Source of the DNA: Promethearchaeota archaeon
Lineage (GTDB): Archaea; Asgardarchaeota; Lokiarchaeia; Sigyniarchaeales; SOKP01
Direction: 5' to 3'
Assembly (NCBI GenBank): GCA_019057795.1
Contig: JAHLWS010000078.1
Coordinates: 1 to 64,000, forward strand
DNA: 64,000 nt
This document shows positions 1 to 9,927 of the stretch, piece after piece. The notes beneath the pieces are model-generated. The model saw only the letters and a list, made by a program, of their open reading frames with translations, did no database searches and was not told where the DNA came from. Positions within the stretch are counted from its first letter, which is position 1; each line of letters begins with the position of its first letter. Made by a program: the position numbers and the translations under genes.

Positions 1-115
1 ACATTACATAAGCTCCAATATAAACATAAACCCAGTTTTTATTAAGATTCTTCCCGAAAATTTTGATTTTTTCTTTCAAGTTCCTTTTATTTGAATTTTC
101 TTTCAATTCATTCAC
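1..115 (-). CDS. Partial ORF running off the left edge, possible membrane protein (viral or host unclear)
   Basis: Manual translation from GTG at 115: VNELKENSNKRNLKEKIKIFGKNLNKNWVYVYIGAYVM..., open to the window edge, purine-rich AGGAAG upstream. Confidence 0.4.
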   Translation of the reverse strand, partial: MNELKENSNKRNLKEKIKIFGKNLNKNWVYVYIGAYVM

Positions 116-304
116 TTCCTTTTTTTTAATTTAAAATTTAATAAGCCAAGATAATAATTGCCTAAATTTTATTTAACTTTTATGACACTTCTGATATTTG
201 AAAAATTAGCAAAAAAATCGATTTAAACACACAAAAAAAGCTAAATTTCAATCGTTAAAAAAAAAGTTATGTAATAAGTAACACATTAGGAAAAAAAATT
301 TTTA

Positions 305-562
305 TTAAAGATATAAGGTTTTAAAATCGATATTATTTTTATCCAAATTTTCTTTTTTTTCTGATTCCGTACCCATTAATTCTCGAATATTGTTAACGAG
401 TTCGGTTATGCTTTCAGCATTTCTCGTTATATCTTCGCTAAGAGTTTCGTAGTTTTTATTAATACTTTTCATAGATCTGTTATATTTCCTTCTAACCAAT
501 TTAGCTAATTTGTAAGCTCTAGCTGTTATTATTTCTATCCTTTTAATCCTATCTTCAATCAT
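305..562 (-). CDS. Viral hypothetical coiled-coil protein
   Basis: 85-aa ORF overlapping the upstream gene, heptad-like pattern, end of late operon. Confidence 0.55.
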   Translation of the reverse strand: MIEDRIKRIEIITARAYKLAKLVRRKYNRSMKSINKNYETLSEDITRNAESITELVNNIRELMGTESEKKENLDKNNIDFKTLYL

Positions 563-767
563 CGTTATTCTGTTTTCTGAAACTGCCGATCATGTCTCCC
601 CAAAGCCATACCAAACCTGCAGCATTTCCCCCAGTTAAGAGCATCCCTAAAGTAAGAAATCCGTTTAATATACACATAAACATAATTCTCCCCATCGGAA
701 TTTCCCAACTCTTGTTAATATATAAACTTTTCTTAGCCAATTTATTCCATTTTTCTACTAATCCCAT
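555..767 (-). CDS. Small viral membrane protein (holin-like position)
   Basis: 70 aa with hydrophobic stretch IMFMCILNGFLTLGMLLTGGNAAGLVWLWG, directly after the tail fibre gene. Confidence 0.5.
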   Translation of the reverse strand: MGLVEKWNKLAKKSLYINKSWEIPMGRIMFMCILNGFLTLGMLLTGGNAAGLVWLWGDMIGSFRKQNNDD

Positions 768-784
768 TGTTATTTTTATCCCTT

Positions 785-3700
785 TTAATCGTAATAATAT
801 TCTACTCGAACATAACTTATATCTAAATCTTGAGCATTAGTACAAGTACATTGGAAAAAGAAAAGTATCTTTTTATACGTTCCCCCAATTGTCTCATCGG
901 CAAAATTCCAAATAACTTCTGCTGGATCTCTGTAAAGTCCACTGGTCGCTATTATATTAAAATTATTGTATGCCGTCCATCCAACTAATCGTACAAGTAG
1001 AATGAGGTCAGTTGCGTCTGCATCTCGCAAACCTATATTGAGTCTTGTAATCACTAAATTTTTATCACCAATTATATGATCTAAAGGAACTGCGTAATTT
1101 AATTGCATATCAGCACTACTCTTATTTGATAACTTGTAATTTGAGTATAGCATATTATCGAAATTATCCATACCTTCAAGAATACAATTTTTCCACCTTT
1201 TATTTGCTATGCCAATAGCCATATCAGCTTCGTAATCTGCAACGAGAAGAACAGTTCCAGTCCCAGTTCCAAGATTAGATATTTTTGCATCGTTTCCGTG
1301 TATTACATTAGCACCAAGCATAGTTCCAGTTGAAGTAGCATCTATTTTAATACCGTATTGAGTACCAGCTCCAGCATTGTTGTTGTTAGATATATTATTA
1401 CCATCAATTATATTATAATGAGAATCTTCTAAATCAATTGTTCCATAACTATTAGCATGATTAGATTGATTGTTACAACAATTATTCCCACTAATAGTAC
1501 AATAATCTGTGTTCCTAATTGCTATTGCTCTTGTAAAAAGCCCAGTTGCATCGTTATTAGTAAAATTACCAGTTACAACAGTTCTATGAGAATCATCGTC
1601 AATAGTTATTAACTGAATACTATCTGTCACGTGATTACCTGATACTAAACTATCTGGGGATGTGTCTAATTTTATTCCAGATAGACAATTACTTATTGTA
1701 TTGTTTATAACTTTACTATTAGAACCTATCATAGCTATACCCCATTGAGTATAACTTACATCACATTCTATAACCAAACAATTATCAGATTGAATAAATA
1801 TACCCCATCCTCCCCTATCTCCATTTCCTACAACTGTTATGTTTCTGGCAACACATTTATTATTATTAGCTTCAGTAATCATTACTACTCCTTGCCAATC
1901 TCCTACATCTGAACAATCAACTTTAAAATCTTCTAAAACGCAAGATTTACAATTAGTAACAAAAAAAGCTGCTCTATTTCCATTACAATCTATAACACTT
2001 GTATCACCACTACCTTTAATTTTTATTAATGTATTTGGATTATCATTAACTGTTAAAGTTGCTGATAGTGTATGAGTGCCTGGTAATAATTTAACAACTC
2101 CTGAGCCAATAGATTCAATCTCATCTATTGCTGTTTGAATGTTATCGCCAGGCGATACACCAATTATATTGTCTCCATATAGGTTTCTTAATATATCCCA
2201 TCTGGTTGTTGTATCGTTCCAAACGATCCAATCACCGATTTCGTACCATCTTTCTGGAGTGTTACCATCTACTGCATGATAACCATCGGTAGAAACGATG
2301 TAATAAAAGCCCTTTCCAGTTGCAGGATATGCGTTAGCAGGATTCCAAGTTCCACTATATATTACAGCTCCAGTTAAAGATACAAACACATCTCTACAAG
2401 TTTGTTTTGAAGGAGCAGTTGATACATTTAATCCGCCAGTCCAAGTATCTGGATCGTAAACTACATTAGATATGTTTTCCCATCTAAGAGCATTACCGTT
2501 TTCTGTTGGGGCACCTAATCCCGTTATTTTATGAGAGTTCATAGCAACTGCTCCGTCTGGAACAACCCATTTATTTAATTTAAATGCATCTATTTCTGAT
2601 TCAGTATAATACCTATCATCGTGATCTACTGAATCAGCATCGTGATGAGTATTAATTAAAGAATCTATTGCATTATCTATCGATTGACCGTTAACTAACT
2701 CGGCATTTATGATACCTTCTACCATAGCATTGGTATATTGGGTTATTGAACAGTTTATAGTTCTATTTGCTGCGATAGTACCGCCACCAGTTAAGCCAGT
2801 TCCTGCAGTAATCGAAATTGCTGAATGATCCTTGTGTCTATTGGCAACGTTATGATTACTAATTAATGTATCTATCCCATTATCAATACTTTGCCCATCT
2901 ACTAACTCGGCAGTTATAATATATTCTACTCCGCCAGTTTTCCCGCCAATAGAATCCCAAGTAACAATTGCGCCTTCCCCTAAAGGAGTGGAAATTATTC
3001 TATCTGTGTGAGCTTTACGTGCTAGATAAGCGGATTCTTTAATTATATTTGCGAGTTTTTCTTGAATTGGTGATTTTCCTAAACCACAAGATATAACAGT
3101 TTTTATCCCATCTATTCCGAATTTACTCCTTTGAATAGTTCTAATTGGATAATCTGCAGAATCAACTGTAGGTCTCACCATCGTTAAACCAACAGTTTTC
3201 CCAACCGATAAATCAGCATTAACTCCATTTAAACTTAATTTAATCGATGGTCTTTTAACTTTCCATATCGCTAATTGAGTATCTGCTACTTCTTGAGCAT
3301 CTCCTATAGTCATTATGCTCTCGTCATAAATCTGTTTAACCATTTCAGAATTGACGCTAGTGTCTTCTGCATAAGTGTAAATACCTAACGAAGAACTTCC
3401 AAAAACTTCTACTTTATAGTAAAAATTACAATCATCTTGATATTCCCAATCCCAACCGTAATTTGCTTGAGTTAGATCAACCTCAGAATCTATCATATCA
3501 GTTTCCGAAGATATAATTATTCTATTATTAACGTAATCTTCCCACCAGTGTGTACCTTCCAAATCACACACTGCTGTTAGTACTTCTAAGCCGTTAGTTC
3601 CCCTAAACCATCGTGCCATGTATTTTGAAAGTGTTGTTTGAGTGTGAATTTCTATTCCTATTTTTGCTGAAAGTTCTGTTAATACTTTATTAGTACTTTC

Positions 3701-4846
3701 CCCTATTTTAAATGAATCTCCTACAGCAACACCAGTAGCAGTCCAATCATCGACACCTTCACAAGATAACCATGAATCTGCAGAATCTGTTATCTTTTTC
3801 ATAATCGGCGATATATCTGCTGTATTATAATAAATCTTTACTTTTAGAAAATCCCAAGCACAAGATATTTGCCCATCTCCTTCGCCAGCTGGTTGGATAA
3901 CCCCATCAAATTTAATCCTTATGCCTTTTAAACTAGTATAATTAGCCCCTGTTTTATTGAAGTATTTTAATAACTCTGAATTAGATTCTTGAATCGATAT
4001 AAGGGGAGAATCGATCCAGCCACTATCGAATCCATCGGGATAATCCTCTGGGTAATGTACTATCTTATAAATCGATTTTATGGTCTTATAAGAACCGTCT
4101 TTATTGATTTGTAAATCAACTCTCCCATATGTCCAATCTGCATTAAATAATTCTAATGCTGTACGAAGATTATATTCTATTTCAATTTTTTGTAAATATA
4201 CTGTATCAGAAATAGATTCACCATCCACAGTTAGCCCTATAGTAGCATTATAATAAGAAGCAGATTCAATATCATGGTAATATAACCACTCTCCATCGTT
4301 TTTAGTTAAAGTTCCTTCATAAGTTCCTGCTTTACCTGAACCGTTTTGACAAACATCTGCAGATGCATCCCATTCAATACAAACACTATTATGTGTGTTA
4401 TCTACTATTAAAAATCCTTTATTCTGTTCGCCACTATTCCAATAATCTGCATCCCATGTAAAAGGATTACTATCTAAGTCTTCTAATACAAGATTAGTGC
4501 CAGCAGGTACACTAGAAACCTTTCCTTGTTCTAAGATGTAATTATTGCTAAAACTTTCCCATTCTAATTTTACTCCTAATCCAGAAATCGTTAACGTTAG
4601 TTGATCGTGTTTAAACGATTTTCCCGTAAGAAATCCCCTAAATAATACATTAGAAGAATCATCTTCCACTTTCATGGGAATAAAATCGTAATCTTTCCAA
4701 GTAGCATATAAAGCTCCTTCGAAATCCCTTATAACAACTATAACATTACCAATATTATCTAATCGTGGATTTGGTACGGGATATGTTATTATATCGGTTA
4801 TTTCTGTCCATGAACCATTCTTGTCGTGATCGTGATACACTTTCAT
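785..4846 (-). CDS. Baseplate hub/tail-fibre fusion with right-handed beta-helix (pectin-lyase/NosD-like) receptor-binding region
   Basis: Hub-like N-terminal ~600 aa; internal repeat AELVDGQSIDNGID/AELVNGQSIDNAID; fibre motif HDDRYYTESEID; GDNIQTAIDE followed by N/G-rich beta-helix repeats. Confidence 0.8.
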   Translation of the reverse strand: MKVYHDHDKNGSWTEITDIITYPVPNPRLDNIGNVIVVIRDFEGALYATWKDYDFIPMKVEDDSSNVLFRGFLTGKSFKHDQLTLTISGLGVKLEWESFSNNYILEQGKVSSVPAGTNLVLEDLDSNPFTWDADYWNSGEQNKGFLIVDNTHNSVCIEWDASADVCQNGSGKAGTYEGTLTKNDGEWLYYHDIESASYYNATIGLTVDGESISDTVYLQKIEIEYNLRTALELFNADWTYGRVDLQINKDGSYKTIKSIYKIVHYPEDYPDGFDSGWIDSPLISIQESNSELLKYFNKTGANYTSLKGIRIKFDGVIQPAGEGDGQISCAWDFLKVKIYYNTADISPIMKKITDSADSWLSCEGVDDWTATGVAVGDSFKIGESTNKVLTELSAKIGIEIHTQTTLSKYMARWFRGTNGLEVLTAVCDLEGTHWWEDYVNNRIIISSETDMIDSEVDLTQANYGWDWEYQDDCNFYYKVEVFGSSSLGIYTYAEDTSVNSEMVKQIYDESIMTIGDAQEVADTQLAIWKVKRPSIKLSLNGVNADLSVGKTVGLTMVRPTVDSADYPIRTIQRSKFGIDGIKTVISCGLGKSPIQEKLANIIKESAYLARKAHTDRIISTPLGEGAIVTWDSIGGKTGGVEYIITAELVDGQSIDNGIDTLISNHNVANRHKDHSAISITAGTGLTGGGTIAANRTINCSITQYTNAMVEGIINAELVNGQSIDNAIDSLINTHHDADSVDHDDRYYTESEIDAFKLNKWVVPDGAVAMNSHKITGLGAPTENGNALRWENISNVVYDPDTWTGGLNVSTAPSKQTCRDVFVSLTGAVIYSGTWNPANAYPATGKGFYYIVSTDGYHAVDGNTPERWYEIGDWIVWNDTTTRWDILRNLYGDNIIGVSPGDNIQTAIDEIESIGSGVVKLLPGTHTLSATLTVNDNPNTLIKIKGSGDTSVIDCNGNRAAFFVTNCKSCVLEDFKVDCSDVGDWQGVVMITEANNNKCVARNITVVGNGDRGGWGIFIQSDNCLVIECDVSYTQWGIAMIGSNSKVINNTISNCLSGIKLDTSPDSLVSGNHVTDSIQLITIDDDSHRTVVTGNFTNNDATGLFTRAIAIRNTDYCTISGNNCCNNQSNHANSYGTIDLEDSHYNIIDGNNISNNNNAGAGTQYGIKIDATSTGTMLGANVIHGNDAKISNLGTGTGTVLLVADYEADMAIGIANKRWKNCILEGMDNFDNMLYSNYKLSNKSSADMQLNYAVPLDHIIGDKNLVITRLNIGLRDADATDLILLVRLVGWTAYNNFNIIATSGLYRDPAEVIWNFADETIGGTYKKILFFFQCTCTNAQDLDISYVRVEYYYD

Positions 4847-4852
4847 TTTAAA

Positions 4853-5323
4853 TCACCATAAAAAACTCATACTACCCAAAAGAGTACCTATACTATTTAA
4901 CGCAAGCATAGATTCTCTCATTTCTTTTTCCATTTCTTCTTTACCTGCTGCAGCCGCACTAATAGCAATGCCAGTTTGAACTAAATTAGCCACTCCAATA
5001 GCAAAAGAAATCCAGTCTTGCGTAGCCATAGCTTTTGCAGTGAGTAGAGGTTGTAATACTGCAATACCAGATATTCCCATTTGAATTAAAGCAGCAAACT
5101 GAGTAGAAATAGTTAAACCACTAGCTTTAGCAACAAGCTGAGTTGCTGTCCATCCTGCCCTTGCTATCCCAAGAACTTCGTTAAAAGATGCTTTTGACTC
5201 TTTATCGATAGTTTCGATTATTTCTTTTTGTTTTGCATATATTTGTTTAGCTCTTTGCTCTATCTCGTCTAAAGACTTATGTCCTTTACTAGTATCAATA
5301 TCCATATCAAATATAAAAGCCAA
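4853..5323 (-). CDS. Putative very short tape-measure protein
   Basis: Sits between tail tube and hub; TMP-like N-terminus (DIDTSKGHKSLDEI); Ala/Gly-rich amphipathic and hydrophobic helices. Confidence 0.5.
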   Translation of the reverse strand: MAFIFDMDIDTSKGHKSLDEIEQRAKQIYAKQKEIIETIDKESKASFNEVLGIARAGWTATQLVAKASGLTISTQFAALIQMGISGIAVLQPLLTAKAMATQDWISFAIGVANLVQTGIAISAAAAGKEEMEKEMRESMLALNSIGTLLGSMSFLW

Positions 5324-6328
5324 TTATGTCACCACTCCTTTCCAGTGGTTCGCAAATATCTCAGCAGATTCATTAGCAAAGTTATTAGTGCCATTTACCT
5401 TCTCAGCAGTTAACGTTATGATTATTTCATAGTGACCTTCGTTTTTAGCACCTGTTTTTTTAACACTATTTATGTGGCAGTTTTCAAATATATGAGAAAC
5501 GTAATTACTCATATCTCCTTTCCAAAACTTAATTTCTAAGTCTTTTATATTTCTGTCAACGTAATCGTTCCATTGAAGGTTTGTTTTGAGTATTGCGTGA
5601 AGAGTTATAATTACTGGTCTATATTTGTAAGTATGAACTGTTTGGGTTGTTCCTAATGCGCTTGAAGTTATCTTATGATCTTGAATTATCGAAAAATTAG
5701 CTATTACAACTTCGTTAAAAGCCACATCTCCTACTCCCTTATCCCAAATAACTTGTGGACGTCCTTCAAAAGTGTTTGTAATCGTACTAGTATCACCAGA
5801 TCCTGATGGAAATGGATCTGTCGTGAGATTTGGATTATCCCCTATATCTTCTATTTTTTGCCAAGCAAATTCGCAATCTACCATTAAAGGATTTCCACTT
5901 ACTCCACTTACAGTTACGCCAATACAATAACAACCTACTGCCTGAATATTACTTGGATTAGTGCCTTCGAGTTCTTCTAATCTAATTGTCAGTGGATAAG
6001 TCATCCCTTCAGTTAAAGGAGAAATAGCCACAGGAGGTCCTACTACAGGCGATTTAAGAATCCAACTTAGATATTGCGCAGTTATTGGGTTAAAAGCATG
6101 TGAAAAAGTTGGAAATTTCTTTTCTAAGTCTGTTAAAGTGGGAGTGCGTGAATTATAAACGTAAAATGGTGAAACTTGATTATTTGTAAAAGGGGAATTC
6201 CATTTTTTACATAACTCATCGTATTCTCCAAATTCATAACTTAAACTATCCACAGCAACAATTATTGCAGTTCCTGGCACAGATTCATAAGCATATACAA
6301 ATTTGCTTGATTTGTTTGCATTTACCAT
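5324..6328 (-). CDS. Putative major tail (tube) protein
   Basis: 334 aa, beta-rich, N-terminal YAYESVPGT like tail-tube E-x-x-x-G-T starts; follows neck genes. Confidence 0.6.
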   Translation of the reverse strand: MVNANKSSKFVYAYESVPGTAIIVAVDSLSYEFGEYDELCKKWNSPFTNNQVSPFYVYNSRTPTLTDLEKKFPTFSHAFNPITAQYLSWILKSPVVGPPVAISPLTEGMTYPLTIRLEELEGTNPSNIQAVGCYCIGVTVSGVSGNPLMVDCEFAWQKIEDIGDNPNLTTDPFPSGSGDTSTITNTFEGRPQVIWDKGVGDVAFNEVVIANFSIIQDHKITSSALGTTQTVHTYKYRPVIITLHAILKTNLQWNDYVDRNIKDLEIKFWKGDMSNYVSHIFENCHINSVKKTGAKNEGHYEIIITLTAEKVNGTNNFANESAEIFANHWKGVVT

Positions 6329-6393
6329 TTATCTAATTATTTATTTAATTTATTTTAATTATTTTAATTTTCTATTTAATCTTTTAATACATC

Positions 6394-6807
6394 TTAACTA
6401 GTCGTGAATTTAACGTCTAAAATTAACTGATTATCCCATTTACCACTCTTATAATTAATACTACCTTCGTTACAACTAACTAATTCGATGTGAATTAACG
6501 TACTTGGTTTAGTATAACCAGCTATCGTTAATCTTTTATTAAATTTGTTAATTCCGTCTATAAGATTGTTTAGTGTCGTTATAAGTAAAATTTCCGATGG
6601 TTGACTCAGTAGTATTTTAAATCTTTTAATATACACGTTACAATAAGTTTCTATTAACTCTCCCTGCTTAACTAATATTTTCTGAAAAGTTGCATCGATA
6701 ATGCTGTCAGTTTTTTTACCGTGTTCTACTACATGCTCAACTGTGCTGCCAGTACATACTGCTCCTATAAAAGTTCTAATATAATCTAATTCTGTCGCAT
6801 CTGCCAT
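6394..6807 (-). CDS. Putative tail terminator/completion protein
   Basis: 137 aa, position just before the tail tube gene. Confidence 0.45.
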   Translation of the reverse strand: MADATELDYIRTFIGAVCTGSTVEHVVEHGKKTDSIIDATFQKILVKQGELIETYCNVYIKRFKILLSQPSEILLITTLNNLIDGINKFNKRLTIAGYTKPSTLIHIELVSCNEGSINYKSGKWDNQLILDVKFTTS

Positions 6808-6813
6808 CTTTTA

Positions 6814-7350
6814 TCACTTTTTCCACTTAAACCTACTTGAAATCATTCTTCCCGCTTTACCTACATTTCCCAAATACATAGCTTTAGCTTTAGCGTAATT
6901 AAGTTCTAATCTTTCTTTAGCATATTCGAGAAATTTTTCCCAAAAGAAACCTATTGCACGGGGATCGTTCAATATAATAGGTCCATGATACCCACCGTAA
7001 TATGCGTAATCCTTTTGATTAACATGCCTTACAGTAGCCATTGTCATCTTATTTACAAACTCGGCATAAGATATATGCGTACCTAACTTTAATTTTAAAA
7101 GCGTATTTCTTACAAAGGAAGAACTAAGTTCTAGTTTTAAATCTTTGCGCAATTTTCCCGTTCTTTTAGCCACTTTTGAATCGATCCATAACTCTAATTC
7201 CATTATAGTATCGTCTAAAGTTCTATTTAAGATGTTAACGATTAACTGTTTAACTTGAAGATAATTTAACTTAGTCTGTTTACCCGCAATATAAGTAATA
7301 TCAGTTTTATCAAACCCAACTTCGTAATGGGTTTTTGTTGCGAAAGACAT
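6814..7350 (-). CDS. Putative neck/tail-completion protein (HK97 gp10-like)
   Basis: Basic protein with KRTGKLRKDL and YAEFVN, resembling the xTGxLR..YAxxVE signature of this family. Confidence 0.6.
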   Translation of the reverse strand: MSFATKTHYEVGFDKTDITYIAGKQTKLNYLQVKQLIVNILNRTLDDTIMELELWIDSKVAKRTGKLRKDLKLELSSSFVRNTLLKLKLGTHISYAEFVNKMTMATVRHVNQKDYAYYGGYHGPIILNDPRAIGFFWEKFLEYAKERLELNYAKAKAMYLGNVGKAGRMISSRFKWKK

Positions 7351-7353
7351 CGT

Positions 7354-7719
7354 TTAATCTAAAAACCAACTAGTTACGTTTTTAATTAACTTATAATCGT
7401 ACTTCGTGGCAGTATCAGACAATATACCTAAAACTACATCGTCAATTACTTTAACTGGTTGCTCTCCTTCGCTACCAAAGCCAAACTCGATTATTAGATT
7501 GTTCATTAATCGTTTTGCCATCAATAAAGTTGCTGAAATAGCAAAATCGGGGATCGTACCACTATAACTCGTTTTTTTTATTTTATTTACGTTCCTTTCC
7601 GCTAAAGATATGTTAGCTTCGACCACACCGTCGTCAAGTCCGAACTGCGTGTCGTAATTTATATCTCCGTGATACGCTTCTAAGTTTGCGACAGTTATGT
7701 ATTCATAATCACTTGCCAT
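7354..7719 (-). CDS. Head-tail adaptor/connector protein
   Basis: 121 aa helical; YITVANL start, AERNVN and IPDFAISATL typical of gp6/gp15-like adaptors; follows MCP. Confidence 0.65.
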   Translation of the reverse strand: MASDYEYITVANLEAYHGDINYDTQFGLDDGVVEANISLAERNVNKIKKTSYSGTIPDFAISATLLMAKRLMNNLIIEFGFGSEGEQPVKVIDDVVLGILSDTATKYDYKLIKNVTSWFLD

Positions 7720-7723
7720 CGTT

Positions 7724-7852
7724 TTATTCCTTTTCTAATTCTTTTATAATCTTTCTCAATAAAGATGCTATTTTCTTTAGTTCTTGGAATACAAGAAATT
7801 CTTTCTTATGTAATGGGTAACCTTGAAAATCATCTTCCTTAATTTTAGCCAT
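7724..7852 (-). CDS. Small viral protein (42 aa, below ORF-track cutoff)
   Basis: MAKIKEDDFQGYPLHKKEFLVFQELKKIASLLRKIIKELEKE; stop lies 4 nt before the adaptor start. Confidence 0.55.
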   Translation of the reverse strand: MAKIKEDDFQGYPLHKKEFLVFQELKKIASLLRKIIKELEKE

Positions 7853-7988
7853 AATAATATCTCTTATTAAATTTAATTTGAATAAAATACGTCAATTTTT
7901 AGTTATTTATTTAATTGTTTTGTAATTTTCTAATTTACTACTTCAAAAAAATATTAAGAAAAGTGCACACTCGCACTTATCTTTAAGT

Positions 7989-8897
7989 TTACCAACTACA
8001 TCCATCTAATCGTGCAATTCCTTTAATATACTCTTCAGCAGTTTCTTCCCATAAAGGATCGGATAAGAAAGCCATATAAATTTCATAGTCTACGAAGTAT
8101 GCGTGTTTTTCATTAGAGTAGAATGCATCTACTTTAAGATCACTCATTCCAAAATGAATTTTGGAAAGATCAACTAAGTAACAATTGAAATCTGCTTTTG
8201 TTGCTCCTTCATGTACAAAAGGGCTAAAGATTATAGGAATACCAATAGTGGATTTTATCCATTCTGAAACTCCGACAGATGTATTTGCTATAACTTCGGC
8301 AATCATCGGTCTAACAATCGATGGAGCCAGAAGTGCGAAAGGTCCGTAGAACTTATCGGCAATTAACTCGTCCATTTTAGTAATTATATCTGCTCTTAAG
8401 TTTGCTGTGGTGCTCCAAGTTGCTGTTCTTGCTGCTTGTCCGCTCATTTCTGGGCGATTTAGCGTTCCAGCTGTAGCATTTGGAAAATCTTCTAAACCAT
8501 ACATAGTTACTCTTGTTGAAGAACCTTCAATAAAGTATTTTTCAATACCATTCTTGACGATACTCATAGCATCTCTTATATGGTTCGCAACATTCTTAGG
8601 ATCGGCAGCGTAATCAACTCTATCAATTCGAAGTCTTTTAGAAAGGCAGACAAAGTCTATGTCTTGCATTAATTTACTAGCTTCTTGTTCTGGCGCACTA
8701 AATCTGCGATCTGCTTGAACATCTTGATAAGGATCGCTAATTGGTCTAGTTACGTGTTGTTTTCCATAACCAAATTCTAAAACATCTATATTTCCCAATA
8801 AGGTATCGGGAGATGCAGAATAAGTAGAAAGCTCAGTAGCCATAATTTGCGAAATCGTTTTTGCAAACGAAGTGTCAAAATCGTTATTTGTAGGCAT
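7989..8897 (-). CDS. Major capsid protein, HK97 fold (encapsulin/DUF2184-like)
   Basis: ~302 aa from ATG 8897 (MPTNNDF); YGLEDFP, ATWST and KFYGPFALLAP resemble encapsulin-like MCPs; position after decoration gene. Confidence 0.75.
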   Translation of the reverse strand: MPTNNDFDTSFAKTISQIMATELSTYSASPDTLLGNIDVLEFGYGKQHVTRPISDPYQDVQADRRFSAPEQEASKLMQDIDFVCLSKRLRIDRVDYAADPKNVANHIRDAMSIVKNGIEKYFIEGSSTRVTMYGLEDFPNATAGTLNRPEMSGQAARTATWSTTANLRADIITKMDELIADKFYGPFALLAPSIVRPMIAEVIANTSVGVSEWIKSTIGIPIIFSPFVHEGATKADFNCYLVDLSKIHFGMSDLKVDAFYSNEKHAYFVDYEIYMAFLSDPLWEETAEEYIKGIARLDGCSW

Positions 8898-8898
8898 T

Positions 8899-9486
8899 TT
8901 AACACGCCACCACGTAGGCACATATGAGTAAAGGTCCAGGTTCTTCGTCTACATAGTAATACAACGATCTTAGGAACACTCTATTATGAATAGTAGAACC
9001 TGCAACACCGTTAACACCAACTACTTGATTAACAGCTAAGTCAAAAGCATCTCCACTAGCATCAGCTAAGTCTGCTTCCACAGCAATCATCCATTCCCCA
9101 TCTATCGTTCCAGATACACACATAGGAGTATCGGCAGGAACATTAGCACTAGCATCGTCAATTCTGATGTTCCTCATTTCTACTCCGAGATTTAAGTGCA
9201 ATGGAAGAACTGGGATAAGATCACCACTTCCGTAAGCAATTCCATTATTGGCTATTTGCTTAGGATCGAACTCGGCAATAGCATAAACCATAGCAGAACT
9301 TGAACCAGCTTCTGTTGCAGTAGCTTCTCCGCCAGCTCCAGTACCACGTATAACTCCCATACCAGGTTTTATATTGGCTGAAGTAGTTTTAAGCCATCGA
9401 ACATTTGGATTACTATATGGAGACATTCCCGCAATAAATCGTTTTACGTCGCATACAATCTTCTTTGTTTCTCTAACAGTTACCAT
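8899..9486 (-). CDS. Putative capsid decoration/cement protein
   Basis: 195 aa Gly/Ala-rich, IKPGMGVIRG motif, directly upstream of MCP. Confidence 0.55.
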   Translation of the reverse strand: MVTVRETKKIVCDVKRFIAGMSPYSNPNVRWLKTTSANIKPGMGVIRGTGAGGEATATEAGSSSAMVYAIAEFDPKQIANNGIAYGSGDLIPVLPLHLNLGVEMRNIRIDDASANVPADTPMCVSGTIDGEWMIAVEADLADASGDAFDLAVNQVVGVNGVAGSTIHNRVFLRSLYYYVDEEPGPLLICAYVVAC

Positions 9487-9564
9487 AAATTTTCACTCTT
9501 ATTTTATTATTTCGGTAGTATCCTTTAAGATACGTTTATACACCGTTTATTTCATACGTCAATT

Positions 9565-9927
9565 TTACTTTTTGGTTGTACTTTTCTTAAATACTTCGAT
9601 AGGACTGTAAGATGCCGAGAATAAAATTCCCTTAGGTAAATTCTTATTAACTTTACCAAAAGTAGGTGCATCAATATCCACTGGTTTAGGAACTACTGGT
9701 TTGTTTTTCTTTTTTACAGTTTTAGTTGCTTCAGGCATGTTATCTGCCAAAAAGTCTAATCTGTCAAATTGTTCCTCTAGTGTCAATCCTTTTAGTTTTT
9801 CTTTATCTATTTTAGTTATCTTTATAAGAAAATTGACAGATTTTTGTAATCTATTATCTAAAACTTCTGTCTCTTCTTCTTCTTCAATTTCTTCTTCTTC
9901 TTCATTCTGATCTTCGTTGTCTGGCAA
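9565..9927 (-). CDS. Putative capsid scaffolding protein
   Basis: Probable TTG start at 9927 with a GGTGA SD upstream; acidic N-terminus, helical core, basic tail; lies between portal and capsid genes. Confidence 0.5.
   Translation of the reverse strand: MPDNEDQNEEEEEIEEEEETEVLDNRLQKSVNFLIKITKIDKEKLKGLTLEEQFDRLDFLADNMPEATKTVKKKNKPVVPKPVDIDAPTFGKVNKNLPKGILFSASYSPIEVFKKSTTKK

Noticed and set aside
130-300. Possible attL matching 16630-16670 (TGCCTA..TTTATT)
   Set aside because: Only loose AT-rich similarity; no exact direct repeat
785-4846. Diversity-generating retroelement target
   Set aside because: No reverse transcriptase and no TR/VR pair differing at adenines; the internal repeat is an ordinary coding duplication
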